NCBI GenBank assembly: GCA_027923505.1
Contig: BROI01000001.1
Span: 806,001-870,000 of the forward strand
Reading direction: 5' to 3'
Origin: Mayamaea pseudoterrestris
Lineage: Eukaryota
DNA length: 64,000 bases
How positions within the stretch are numbered: position 1 is the stretch's first letter; each line of letters starts with the position of its first letter. Shown here piece by piece: positions 13,905 through 26,000 of this stretch. A program made the translations under genes and the position numbers. The notes below the pieces were generated by a model, which was given only the letters and a program-made list of their open reading frames with translations, was not told where the DNA came from and ran no database searches.

Positions 13905-14544
13905 TAAGCCTTGTAAATATCAATTGTGGTGACAACAACCTAAATCATTGACGATCAGCATACGGTACCAGTATATGTACTTCTATGGTTCTCATTCCTC
14001 CCGAACCAAAAAAGCCAATGTTCGTCAGTCAAAGAGTGCAATCAGTAGAATTTGAGTCTGTGCATGCTACTTTAATTTCCTCGCAGGTACAGTAAGATGA
14101 AAATGATCGCTATCATACCCATGCACTGAATGCTGATGCCACGCCGCACCGGCGTCTCGTGCGACACCTGGACGTGTTCAAGATTAAAGCAGGCAGCAAT
14201 GACTACTTTCGTTCGGGGGTTCGGACTATCAGTGCAAATGGAAGAACACTAAAGAAGTTGCACATGCTATTTTGAACCTGTATCTGTAATAAAGTACTCA
14301 GTCAGTCGTTTCTGATCATTGTTGGCACGCTTTTGCGAGATGACGCGCCGAAATGGAGGTCACGTTTCTCAAAGCGGTTGAGTGGCCGTTGAATTACTTA
14401 TAACAAGGGCGAAAGACTCCGTGCCTACAGCCACTGAAAATTATTTAGCTGATCAAGTGACTCAATATGAAATGCAAAGATATCGCACGATTGCCAGCGC
14501 CTCGAGTCCAGAATGACCATTCTTTCGTAAACGAGAGACGCAAC

Positions 14545-17500
14545 ATGAGAATGAAGTACATTCAAGGTCTTCGTCGAGTTATCTTAACCCTCTTGCTCTT
14601 TATGAAGCTCAAGCAGGTTGTTGCTCAATCAACGAGGAACTTGCGTCGAGTCGCGCCAAGGATGCGGCGACGAAAAATCACAATCAACCAGTTCGCCAGC
14701 CGCTGCTTCGTTCTCAATGACTGGAACAGGTGCAAGACGATATGTCAACGTCAACGAAATTTCAAGCGCTGTGTCGTTCGAACCACCAATCGCAATTGCC
14801 AGGCTGTCCTTGGCTTGGTGCAACCCTCCCAGCGAGATGCCGCGAGAATAGCCTTGTATCAAAAGGTATTGGCCAAGAAATGCAGAGCGCCCATGATGAC
14901 GGTGAATATTCCTGTTGTTCCCTTAACTAAGGAACCAGCAAAAGCTCCAACAAAGCTCCCAACAGTTGCACCCATTCTTGTTCCCTCGACAATGCCTTCG
15001 ACGTTTAGCTTGCGACTGCCATCAAGCGCTAGCCGTCGCCCGTCGCTCCTGCCAACCGTTAGTGACGTAACGTTAGTGCCAGTGAGTCAATCTCCGACAC
15101 GGATCTTAAGCGCCATGCCGAGCAAGCTCCCAAACGCTATGATCAGCGCCAATCCGACAATACATACGAGCAGGAAACCTTCAAGTCAACCATCAAATCG
15201 TCCATCATTGGAACCCAACACAAATCTATCAAATCTACAAAGTTCATTTCCAAGTCTGCTACCAACCATCTCTACAAGTGCACTGCCAAGCAAGCTGACG
15301 GTAAAAAGCCCAAGCAACTATCCCTCTGCCTTTCCTAGTGCACTTTTCAGTTTTCTGCCAACATTAAAAAATTCACCCATTGCACAACCCTCTGCTGCTC
15401 CCAGTGCTCTGCCAAGTGTGATCCCCAGCGCCATTCCCTCTGCATTGCCAAGCAGCATACCCAGTGTGCCTCCCAGCCATACTCCAAGCGCACAACCCTC
15501 TGCTGCTCCCAGTGCTCTGCCAAGTCTGATCCCCAGTACGGTTTTAGACACACCCACGCGCCCAAGCTTGCAACCATCTGTAGCTCCCAGTGCTTTGCCA
15601 AGTGTGATCCCCAGCACCATTTCCTCTGCATTGCCAAGCAGCATACTCAGTGTGCCTCCCAGCCATACTCCAAGCGCACCACCCTCTGCTGCTCCCAGTG
15701 CTCTGCCAAGTCTGATCCCCAGTACGGTTCCATCTTTGACGCCAAGCAGCACGCCCAGTGTGCCTCCCAGCCACGCCCCAAGCTTGCAACCATCTGTAGC
15801 TCCCAGTGCTTTGCCAAGTGTGATCCCCAGCGCCATTCCCTCTGCATTGCCAAGCAGCATACCCAGTGTGCCTCCCAGCCACGCCCCAAGCTTGCAACCA
15901 TCTGTAGCTCCCAGTGCTTTGCCAAGCTCTGCGCCAAGCATACCCAGTGCCCTCCCCAACGGTTCCATCTTTGACGCCAAGCAGCACGCCCAGTGTGCCT
16001 CCCAGCCACGCCCCAAGCTTGCAACCATCTGTAGCTCCCAGTGCTTTGCCAAGTGTGATCCCCAGCGCCATTCCCTCTGCATTGCCAAGCAGCATACCCA
16101 GTGTGCCTCCCAGCCATACTCCAAGCGCACAACCCTCTGCTGCTCCCAGTGCTCTGCCAAGTCTGATCCCCAGTACGGTTCCATCTTTGACGCCAAGCAG
16201 CACGCCCAGTGTGCCTCCCAGCCACGCCCCAAGCTTGCAACCATCTGTAGCTCCCAGTGCTTTGCCAAGTGTGATCCCCAGCGCCATTCCCTCTGCATTG
16301 CCAAGCAGCATACCCAGTGTGCCTCCCAGCCATACTCCAAGCGCACAACCCTCTGCTGCTCCCAGTGCTCTGCCAAGTCTGATCCCCAGTACGGTTCCAT
16401 CTTTGACGCCAAGCAGCACGCCCAGTGTGCCTCCCAGCCACGCCCCAAGCTTGCAACCATCTGTAGCTCCCAGTGCTTTGCCAAGTGTGATCCCCAGCGC
16501 CATTCCCTCTGCATTGCCAAGCAGCATACCCAGTGTGCCTCCCAGCCATACTCCAAGCGCACAACCCTCTGCTGCTCCCAGTGCTCTGCCAAGTCTGATC
16601 CCCAGTACGGTTCCATCTTTGACGCCAAGCAGCACGCCCAGTGTGCCTCCCAGCCACGCCCCAAGCTTGCAACCATCTGTAGCTCCCAGTGCTTTGCCAA
16701 GTGTGATCCCCAGCGCCATTCCCTCTGCATTGCCAAGCAGCATACCCAGTGTGCCTCCCAGCCATACTCCAAGCGCACAACCCTCTGCTGCTCCCAGTGC
16801 TCTGCCAAGTCTGATCCCCAGTACGGTTCCATCTTTGACGCCAAGCAGCACGCCCAGTGTGCCTCCCAGCCACGCCCCAAGCTTGCAACCATCTGTAGCT
16901 CCCAGTGCTTTGCCAAGTGTGATCCCCAGCGCCATTCCCTCTGCATTGCCAAGCAGCATACCCAGTGTGCCTCCCAGCCATACTCCAAGCGCACAACCCT
17001 CTGCTGCTCCCAGTGCTCTGCCAAGTCTGATCCCCAGTACGGTTCCATCTTTGACGCCAAGCAGCACGCCCAGTGTGCCTCCCAGCCACGCCCCAAGCTT
17101 GCAACCATCTGTAGCTCCCAGTGCTTTGCCAAGTGTGATCCCCAGCGCCATTCCCTCTGCATTGCCAAGCAGCATACCCAGTGTGCCTCCCAGCCATACT
17201 CCAAGCGCACAACCCTCTGCTGCTCCCAGTGCTCTGCCAAGTCTGATCCCCAGTACGGTTCCATCTTTGACGCCAAGCAGCACGCCCAGTGTGCCTCCCA
17301 GCCACGCCCCAAGCTTGCAACCATCTGTAGCTCCCAGTGCTTTGCCAAGTGTGATCCCCAGCGCCATTCCCTCTGCATTGCCAAGCAGCATACCCAGTGT
17401 GCCTCCCAGCCATACTCCAAGCGCACAACCCTCTGCTGCTCCCAGTGCTCTGCCAAGTCTGATCCCCAGTACGGTTCCATCTTTGACGCCAAGCAGCACG

Positions 17501-20500
17501 CCCAGTGTGCCTCCCAGCCACGCCCCAAGCTTGCAACCATCTGTAGCTCCCAGTGCTTTGCCAAGTGTGATCCCCAGCGCCATTCCCTCTGCATTGCCAA
17601 GCAGCATACCCAGTGTGCCTCCCAGCCATACTCCAAGCGCACAACCCTCTGCTGCTCCCAGTGCTCTGCCAAGTCTGATCCCCAGTACGGTTCCATCTTT
17701 GACGCCAAGCAACACGCCCAGTGTGCCTCCCAGCCACGCCCCAAGCTTGCAACCATCTGTAGCTCCCAGTGCTTTGCCAAGTGTGATCCCCAGCGCCATT
17801 CCCTCTGCATTGCCAAGCAGCATACCCAGTGTGCCTCCCAGCCATACTCCAAGCGCACAACCCTCTGCTGCTCCCAGTGCTCTGCCAAGTCTGATCCCCA
17901 GTACGGTTCCATCTTTGACGCCAAGCAGCACGCCCAGTGTGCCTCCCAGCCACGCCCCAAGCTTGCAACCATCTGTAGCTCCCAGTGCTTTGCCAAGTGT
18001 GATCCCCAGCGCCATTCCCTCTGCATTGCCAAGCAGCATACCCAGTGTGCCTCCCAGCCATACTCCAAGCGCACAACCCTCTGCTGCTCCCAGTGCTCTG
18101 CCAAGTCTGATCCCCAGTACGGTTCCATCTTTGACGCCAAGCAGCACGCCCAGTGTGCCTCCCAGCCACGCCCCAAGCTTGCAACCATCTGTAGCTCCCA
18201 GTGCTTTGCCAAGTGTGATCCCCAGCGCCATTCCCTCTGCATTGCCAAGCAGCATACCCAGTGTGCCTCCCAGCCATACTCCAAGCGCACAACCCTCTGC
18301 TGCTCCCAGTGCTCTGCCAAGTCTGATCCCCAGTACGGTTCCATCTTTGACGCCAAGCAGCACGCCCAGTGTGCCTCCCAGCCACGCCCCAAGCTTGCAA
18401 CCATCTGTAGCTCCCAGTGCTTTGCCAAGTGTGATCCCCAGCGCCATTCCCTCTGCATTGCCAAGCAGCATACCCAGTGTGCCTCCCAGCCATACTCCAA
18501 GCGCACAACCCTCTGCTGCTCCCAGTGCTCTGCCAAGTCTGATCCCCAGTACGGTTCCATCTTTGACGCCAAGCAGCACGCCCAGTGTGCCTCCCAGCCA
18601 CGCCCCAAGCTTGCAACCATCTGTAGCTCCCAGTGCTTTGCCAAGTGTGATCCCCAGCGCCATTCCCTCTGCATTGCCAAGCAGCATACCCAGTGTGCCT
18701 CCCAGCCATACTCCAAGCGCACAACCCTCTGCTGCTCCCAGTGCTCTGCCAAGTCTGATCCCCAGTACGGTTCCATCTTTGACGCCAAGCAGCACGCCCA
18801 GTGTGCCTCCCAGCCACGCCCCAAGCTTGCAACCATCTGTAGCTCCCAGTGCTTTGCCAAGTGTGATCCCCAGCGCCATTCCCTCTGCATTGCCAAGCAG
18901 CATACCCAGTGTGCCTCCCAGCCATACTCCAAGCGCACAACCCTCTGCTGCTCCCAGTGCTCTGCCAAGTCTGATCCCCAGTACGGTTCCATCTTTGACG
19001 CCAAGCAGCACGCCCAGTGTGCCTCCCAGCCACGCCCCAAGCTTGCAACCATCTGTAGCTCCCAGTGCTTTGCCAAGTGTGATCCCCAGCGCCATTCCCT
19101 CTGCATTGCCAAGCAGCATACCCAGTGTGCCTCCCAGCCATACTCCAAGCGCACAACCCTCTGCTGCTCCCAGTGCTCTGCCAAGTCTGATCCCCAGTAC
19201 GGTTCCATCTTTGACGCCAAGCAGCACGCCCAGTGTGCCTCCCAGCCACGCCCCAAGCTTGCAACCATCTGTAGCTCCCAGTGCTTTGCCAAGTGTGATC
19301 CCCAGCGCCATTCCCTCTGCATTGCCAAGCAGCATACCCAGTGTGCCTCCCAGCCATACTCCAAGCGCACAACCCTCTGCTGCTCCCAGTGCTCTGCCAA
19401 GTCTGATCCCCAGTACGGTTCCATCTTTGACGCCAAGCAGCACGCCCAGTGTGCCTCCCAGCCACGCCCTTGATCCCCAGCGCCATTCCCTCTGCATTGC
19501 CAAGCAGCATACCCAGTGTGCCTCCCAGCCATACTCCAAGCGCACAACCCTCTGCTGCTCCCAGTGCTCTGCCAAGTCTGATCCCCAGTACGGTTCCATC
19601 TTTGACGCCAAGCAGCACGCCCAGTGTGCCTCCCAGCCACGCCCCAAGCTTGCAACCATCTGTAGCTCCCAGTGCTTTGCCAAGTGTGATCCCCAGCGCC
19701 ATTCCCTCTGCATTGCCAAGCAGCATACCCAGTGTGCCTCCCAGCCATACTCCAAGCGCACAACCCTCTGCTGCTCCCAGTGCTCTGCCAAGTCTGATCC
19801 CCAGTACGGTTCCATCTTTGACGCCAAGCAGCACGCCCAGTGTGCCTCCCAGCCACGCCCCAAGCTTGCAACCATCTGTAGCTCCCAGTGCTTTGCCAAG
19901 TGTGATCCCCAGCGCCATTCCCTCTGCATTGCCAAGCAGCATACCCAGTGTGCCTCCCAGCCATACTCCAAGCGCACAACCCTCTGCTGCTCCCAGTGCT
20001 CTGCCAAGTCTGATCCCCAGTACGGTTCCATCTTTGACGCCAAGCAGCACGCCCAGTGTGCCTCCCAGCCACGCCCCAAGCTTGCAACCATCTGTAGCTC
20101 CCAGTGCTTTGCCAAGTGTGATCCCCAGCGCCATTCCCTCTGCATTGCCAAGCAGCATACCCAGTGTGCCTCCCAGCCATACTCCAAGCGCACAACCCTC
20201 TGCTGCTCCCAGTGCTCTGCCAAGTCTGATCCCCAGTACGGTTCCATCTTTGACGCCAAGCAGCACGCCCAGTGTGCCTCCCAGCCACGCCCCAAGCTTG
20301 CAACCATCTGTAGCTCCCAGTGCTTTGCCAAGTGTGATCCCCAGCGCCATTCCCTCTGCATTGCCAAGCAGCATACCCAGTGTGCCTCCCAGCCATACTC
20401 CAAGCGCACAACCCTCTGCTGCTCCCAGTGCTCTGCCAAGTCTGATCCCCAGTACGGTTCCATCTTTGACGCCAAGCAGCACGCCCAGTGTGCCTCCCAG

Positions 20501-22741
20501 CCACGCCCCAAGCTTGCAACCATCTGTAGCTCCCAGTGCTTTGCCAAGTGTGATCCCCAGCGCCAGTTCCTCTGCATTGCCAAGCAGCATACCCAGTGTG
20601 CCTCCCAGCCATACTCCAAGCGCACAACCCTCTGCTGCTCCCAGTGCTCTGCCAAGTCTGATCCCCAGTACGGTTCCATCTTTGACGCCAAGCAGCACGC
20701 CCAGTGTGCCTCCCAGCCACGCCCCAAGCTTGCAACCATCTGTAGCTCCCAGTGCTTTGCCAAGTGTGATCCCCAGCGCCATTCCCTCTGCATTGCCAAG
20801 CAGCATACCCAGTGTGCCTCCCAGCCATACTCCAAGCGCACAACCCTCTGCTGCTCCCAGTGCTCTGCCAAGTCTGATCCCCAGTACGGTTCCATCTTTG
20901 ACGCCAAGCAGCACGCCCAGTGTGCCTCCCAGCCAGAGCCTGAGCTTGCAACCATCTGTAGCTCCCAGTGCTTTGCCAAGTGTGATCCCCAGCGCCATTC
21001 CCTCTGCATTGCCAAGCAGCATACCCAGTGTGCCTCCCAGCCATACTCCAAGCGCACAACCCTCTGCTGCTCCCAGTGCTCTGCCAAGTCTGATCCCCAG
21101 CGCGGTTCCATCTTTGACGCCAAGCAGCACGCCCAGTGTGCCTCCCAGCCACGCCCCAAGCTTGCAACCATCTGTAGCTCCCAGTGCTTTGCCAAGTGTG
21201 ATCCCCAGCGCCATTCCCTCTGCATTGCCAAGCAGCATAACCCCAGTGTGCCTCCCGCCCCCAAGCTCTGACCCCAGTACGGGTTCCATCTTTGACGCCA
21301 AGCAGCACGCCCAGTGTGCCTCCCAGCCACGCCCCAAGCTCTGTAACCATCTGTAGCTCCCAGTGCTTTGCCAAGTGTGATCCCAAGCGCCATTCCCTCT
21401 GCATTGCCAAGCAGCATACCCAGTGTGCCTCCCAGCCATACTCCAAGCGCACAACCCTCTGCTGCTCCCAGTGCTCTGCCAAGTCTGATCCCCAGTACGG
21501 TTCCATCTTTGACGCCAAGCAGCACGCCCAGTGTGCCTCCCAGCCACGCCCCAAGCTTGCAACCATCTGTAGCTCCCAGTGCTTTGCCAAGTGTGATCCC
21601 CAGCGCCATTCCCTCTGCATTGCCAAGCAGCATACCCAGTGTGCCTCCCAGCCATACTCCAAGCGCACAACCCTCTGCTGCTCCCAGTGCTCTGCCAAGT
21701 CTGATCCCCAGTACGGTTCCATCTTTGACGCCAAGCAGCACGCCCAGTGTGCCTCCCAGCCACGCCCCAAGCTTGCAACCATCTGTAGCTCCCAGTGCTT
21801 TGCCAAGTGTGATCCCCAGCGCCATTCCCTCTGCATTGCCAAGCAGCATACCCAGTGTGCCTCCCAGCCATACTCCAAGCGCACAACCCTCTGCTGCTCC
21901 CAGTGCTCTGCCAAGTCTGATCCCCAGTACGGTTCCATCTTTGACGCCAAGCAGCACGCCCAGTGTGCCTCCCAGCCACGCCCCAAGCTTGCAACCATCT
22001 GTAGCTCCCAGTGCTTTGCCAAGTGTGATCCCCAGCGCCATTCCCTCTGCATTGCCAAGCAGCATACCCAGTGTGCCTCCCAGCCATACTCCAAGCGCAC
22101 AACCCTCTGCTGCTCCCAGTGCTCTGCCAAGTCTGTAGACCAGTACGGTTCCATCTTTGACGCCAAGCAGCACGCCCAGTGTGCCTCCCAGCCACGCCCC
22201 AAGCTTGCAACCATCTGTAGCTCCCAGTGCTTTGCCAAGTGTGATCCCCAGCGCCATTCCCTCTGCATTGCCAAGCAGCATACCCAGTGTGCCTCCCAGC
22301 CATACTCCAAGCGCACAACCCTCTGCTGCTCCCAGTGCTCTGCCAAGTCTGATCCCCAGTACGGTTCCATCTTTGACGCCAAGCAGCACGCCCAGTGTGC
22401 CTCCCAGCCACGCCCCAAGCTTGCAACCATCTGTAGCTCCCAGTGCTTTGCCAAGTGTGATCCCCAGCGCCATTCCCTCTGCATTGCCAAGCAGCATACC
22501 CAGTGTGCCTCCCAGCCATACTCCAAGCGCACAACCCTCTGCTGCTCCCAGTGCTCTGCCAAGTCTGAACCCCAGTACGGTGCCATCTTTGACGCCAAGC
22601 AGCACGCCCAGTGTGCCTCCCAGCCACGCCCCAAGCTTGCAACCATCTGTAGCTCCCAGTGCTTTGCCAAGTGTGATCCCCAGCGCCATTCCCTCTGCAC
22701 TGCCAAGCAGCATACCCAGTGCAGAACCTGCTGTGTCATAA
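14545..22741 (+). CDS. Giant secreted Pro/Ser-rich mucin-like protein; frame broken within the repeat in this sequence
   Basis: Signal-peptide-like start MRMKYIQGLRRVILTLLLFMKLKQVVAQ, then STRNLRR, a basic Cys-containing domain, then xxPS repeats to PSAEPAVS* at 22741. The xxPS frame moves between ORFs 14467, 15914, 19449, 21368 and 22157, with breaks at ~15930-15960, ~19470, ~21240-21345 and a TAG at 22136-22138. Confidence 0.75.
15383..22720 (+). repeat. Coding tandem array, 216-bp unit (about 33-34 copies), hierarchical 12 bp > 108 bp > 216 bp
   Basis: Lines 15961, 17041, 18121 and 19201 are identical, giving 1080 bp = 5 x 216. The unit encodes STVPSLTPSSTPSVPPSHAPSLQPSVAPSALPSVIP + SAIPSALPSSIPSVPPSHTPSAQPSAAPSALPSLIP (two related 36-aa halves, 18 tetrapeptides). 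Confidence 0.97.
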
Positions 22742-23062
22742 ATCATATCTCATGTTAAAAATTGTTGTGTCCAAGTAGCTTGTAGCTTAATTTATTCATA
22801 CATAAGTTTTGTTGCTATTTGTTTTCTGAATTTATCAGCTAAAGGTGTGTGTATCTACTTTGTGCACCTTTTTACAATATGGTACTACCGGTAGTTGTGG
22901 TAGCAATTTTGCAGATTTGGCAAGAAGCTACGAAATTTGTACAATTACTGGTGCGACATGAATGCTCGTTTTCAGTTGCGCTTTCCTGACGCAACGGTCG
23001 CTTTTGGATGACGACGGCCATGAACGAGGTTTGCGGCCCGACGGTTTGCATTGTTGACTCTC

Positions 23063-26000
23063 ATGTCCGTCTCCAATACCTACACAAACAGCTTGGCGCA
23101 GCAATCCTACCAGCCAAACCGATGGCTGCTCTTTGTATCTACGAATGCCTCGTGCAGAGGCGGCGTCGAAGCCATTCTCCAATCCAAGGGGCGAACCTCG
23201 TCGCAGCAGCAGCAGCTTCCTCCTATATCGAATTTGAGTATTTCCGAAACACAAATTGCAGCGAATGATGCAGCTGCAACTTTTAACAATGGAAGTAGTA
23301 GCAGTAGCAATCCATTTTCATTTCTAAGCGAACCCGAATCAGCGCCCAGTGCTTGTGCAGCAATCAGCAGCAAAAAACCATCATTTAAATCAAGCAGCAG
23401 CGGCAAACTCAACGTTGGCCGTTTGCTTCAAAGCGTCGCCACGCAAACATCGGCATCGTTTGAACGAGGTCTTCACTCCTTGGCCAAGACGGCGACCAAG
23501 AGTTATTCGGGTGGCGTTGGAGTCTTTGACATGCTATATATATCGAGTAGTGGAACAGAAGCAAGTACGGAGCGGCGAGCCAATGTGGAAGGAAACAATG
23601 CTGCTGCAGTGACAACTCGATTTACATTGCCAGTCATAGTTTCCGGTCGAGAACCACAAGTGACACTTTCACTGTTTATCAGGAGTGGCGTCTTGGGAGC
23701 AAGCAGCAGTAAACCGATTTTGCTTGCAACTTGCGTCGTGACAATCCCAAAAGCTGCAGGAGCTCCATCATTACCTTGTTTCCAAACGCTATTATGGCAA
23801 CCCGCGTCGCATGTTGCAGCCAATCTACTGCCTCCTTCGTCAGTCTTGCATGTTTGTCTCATGCCGGACAATAAATTTCCAACCCTTTGCGGTCCAGGAT
23901 GGTCCTTGGCCGACCCAACGCCGCAGGCTGTGGCAATGGCTGGATCGCTATACAATGTACCACTGGATCAGTCGTACGCCTACTCGCTGCCGCAGTCGTC
24001 AATGACAGCAGCAGTGCCAACGTCGCCGCAAACGCTGGAAACTTTTCTCGTGGCAACGGAGCGAGCCATTGAATCCTCCGTCGTTTTACCAATTGCTTCC
24101 GCCTTTGCCAAGCTGGCGGCTCAAGCAAGCACCAACAGTCTCAAGGCGGCGCAGCTTGCAACGGAGCGAATGAAATATGACGTTGTGGATGCAAACGTGA
24201 CGACTGACTATGTGCACGTGGAATGTCACGTGCAGTACTTGCAGCTGCATAACCATCACAATGCAACATCCATGAATATGCAGCAGCACCAGCAGAAACC
24301 ACCACTGGTTAGTTGCTCGTGGCAGCGACCAGATTCAATATTTGAAGTGGAACTACTAGCGCCATGCACCGTATCCACCGTGGCAACCAACGTACGGACG
24401 GCTGCCGGCGTAAAGTTCTTTCCGCGTCCAGTGCACGACGTCAATTCGATTCTTCCAAGTCTTCGGCCTCTTTTGCAAAAGTATCAGCTTGGATTCTTGC
24501 TGGGAAGTTTGAAACTGTCGGTGCAAGTGCCGAGTGATTTGAGCCAGAGTCAGCAGGTTGCGCCAGCGAATGGAGCTGCTGCTTCCGGTAATCCGTTTGA
24601 AGCGATTGCTGCGACCGGAACGCCTCTGACGAATGTCGCCACGGAGCCATGGTCACTATGGGAAGGTATGGTGCCATTGGAACCACTTGTCCAGCAGGCA
24701 ACGGGAAACAATCAGGCATTGAGTATTCCACTCTATGGCCGCGATGGTTCTCCGACTGGCTGCGCCTTGGTGGTGCACATGAGTGTCATGCGGCAACGAG
24801 GCAATGGGATTGGAGCAGCAAATGCAGCGGCGACTGGTTTACAGCATGGCTTGGTCAGTCTAACTGGATTGCCGCCATTGGTGCCGCTCATGTTGGACGA
24901 CGATGGAATTGCCATCGCACCAGATCCATTGCAGCAACCGCAAACTCAGCAACAACGACTCATGCAGCTCTCTACCATGGGCAAATTTTTGACGAGTTCA
25001 TATATGACTACCCATGTTCGTGCCGTGCGGACGGCGGATGTTCAGCTACTGCAGCAGCGATGTCAGCTTTTCACGTCGGCTGTCACGGAAGCTGCTGCAG
25101 CGGTCGCGACGATTTCCGTAGCAAGCAACAATCAGCAACATATAAATGTACCATCCCACCAAGATAGACGACCTCGCCCTTTTAGGCCTTCGTCGAGTCG
25201 CGTGGACCTTTCTCTTGCCGGCATTCCATTTAATGTCCACACTGTCTCGTGGAGCTTGCAGGTAATGGATTCCGATAGTAATAATCAATTGCAGCAGCCG
25301 CCACAAGGAGAATCCTTCTTTAATACAACGTGCGGAGCCCCTGCTGATCACGCCCGAGGATTCGGTAACATCATTCCTGCAGTGGCGACAACGAAAAGTG
25401 TTAGACAGATGGCAAACGAACTGGACGGAGGCGATTTCATTGTTTCACCGGTGGGACCCGTCACGGGTGGATTGCGACGCTTGGAAACAAAGAGGCGAGA
25501 AATTGCCGAGATAGTAAACAAGCTCCAGTCGGACCTCATCACGTCCGTGGCAGCTTACTTTGTCGCGGCACGCCAAAACAAATCACAGCAGCAGCCGCCA
25601 GTCACTCACATTCCGCCACGATGCAACATGCAGCAGCTGCATGATTTACGCCGAAAGTTAATTGACAGTGTACAAGCCTTGCATCATGTGACATGGATAT
25701 GTGCGGTGCGTCGGGCTGCCGTCTTTTCGCAAGCCTTGGGGATTGCGACTACATCGTATCTGGCGTCATTAAGCGAACCGTCCCAATGCCATTCAAGCTG
25801 GCCGGAATTTTGGGTAAAACATGGCTACCTAGTGTCGTTTGAAGGCTTGCTGAGTGCTGCAGGGAAGGAACTGGGTATGATTGAGGATGCGTCGGTCGCA
25901 ATAGACATGCTGCGAATGGTGCAAGTCGTCTTGGTGCGAGACGATCGAGGCAGTAATACGTCGCGCGTTCCGATTCCTGGATCACCCTACCTCTCGTGGC

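Noticed and set aside
15383..22720. CRISPR array or non-coding satellite
   Set aside because: There are no unique spacers or cas genes; unit lengths are multiples of 3 and continue in frame from a signal-peptide ORF.
15318..22746. Three 2,300-2,500-aa minus-strand ORFs
   Set aside because: They are the antisense of a stop-poor 216-bp repeat, have no unique N- or C-terminal domain, and the signal peptide and degenerate xxPS lead-in are on the plus strand.
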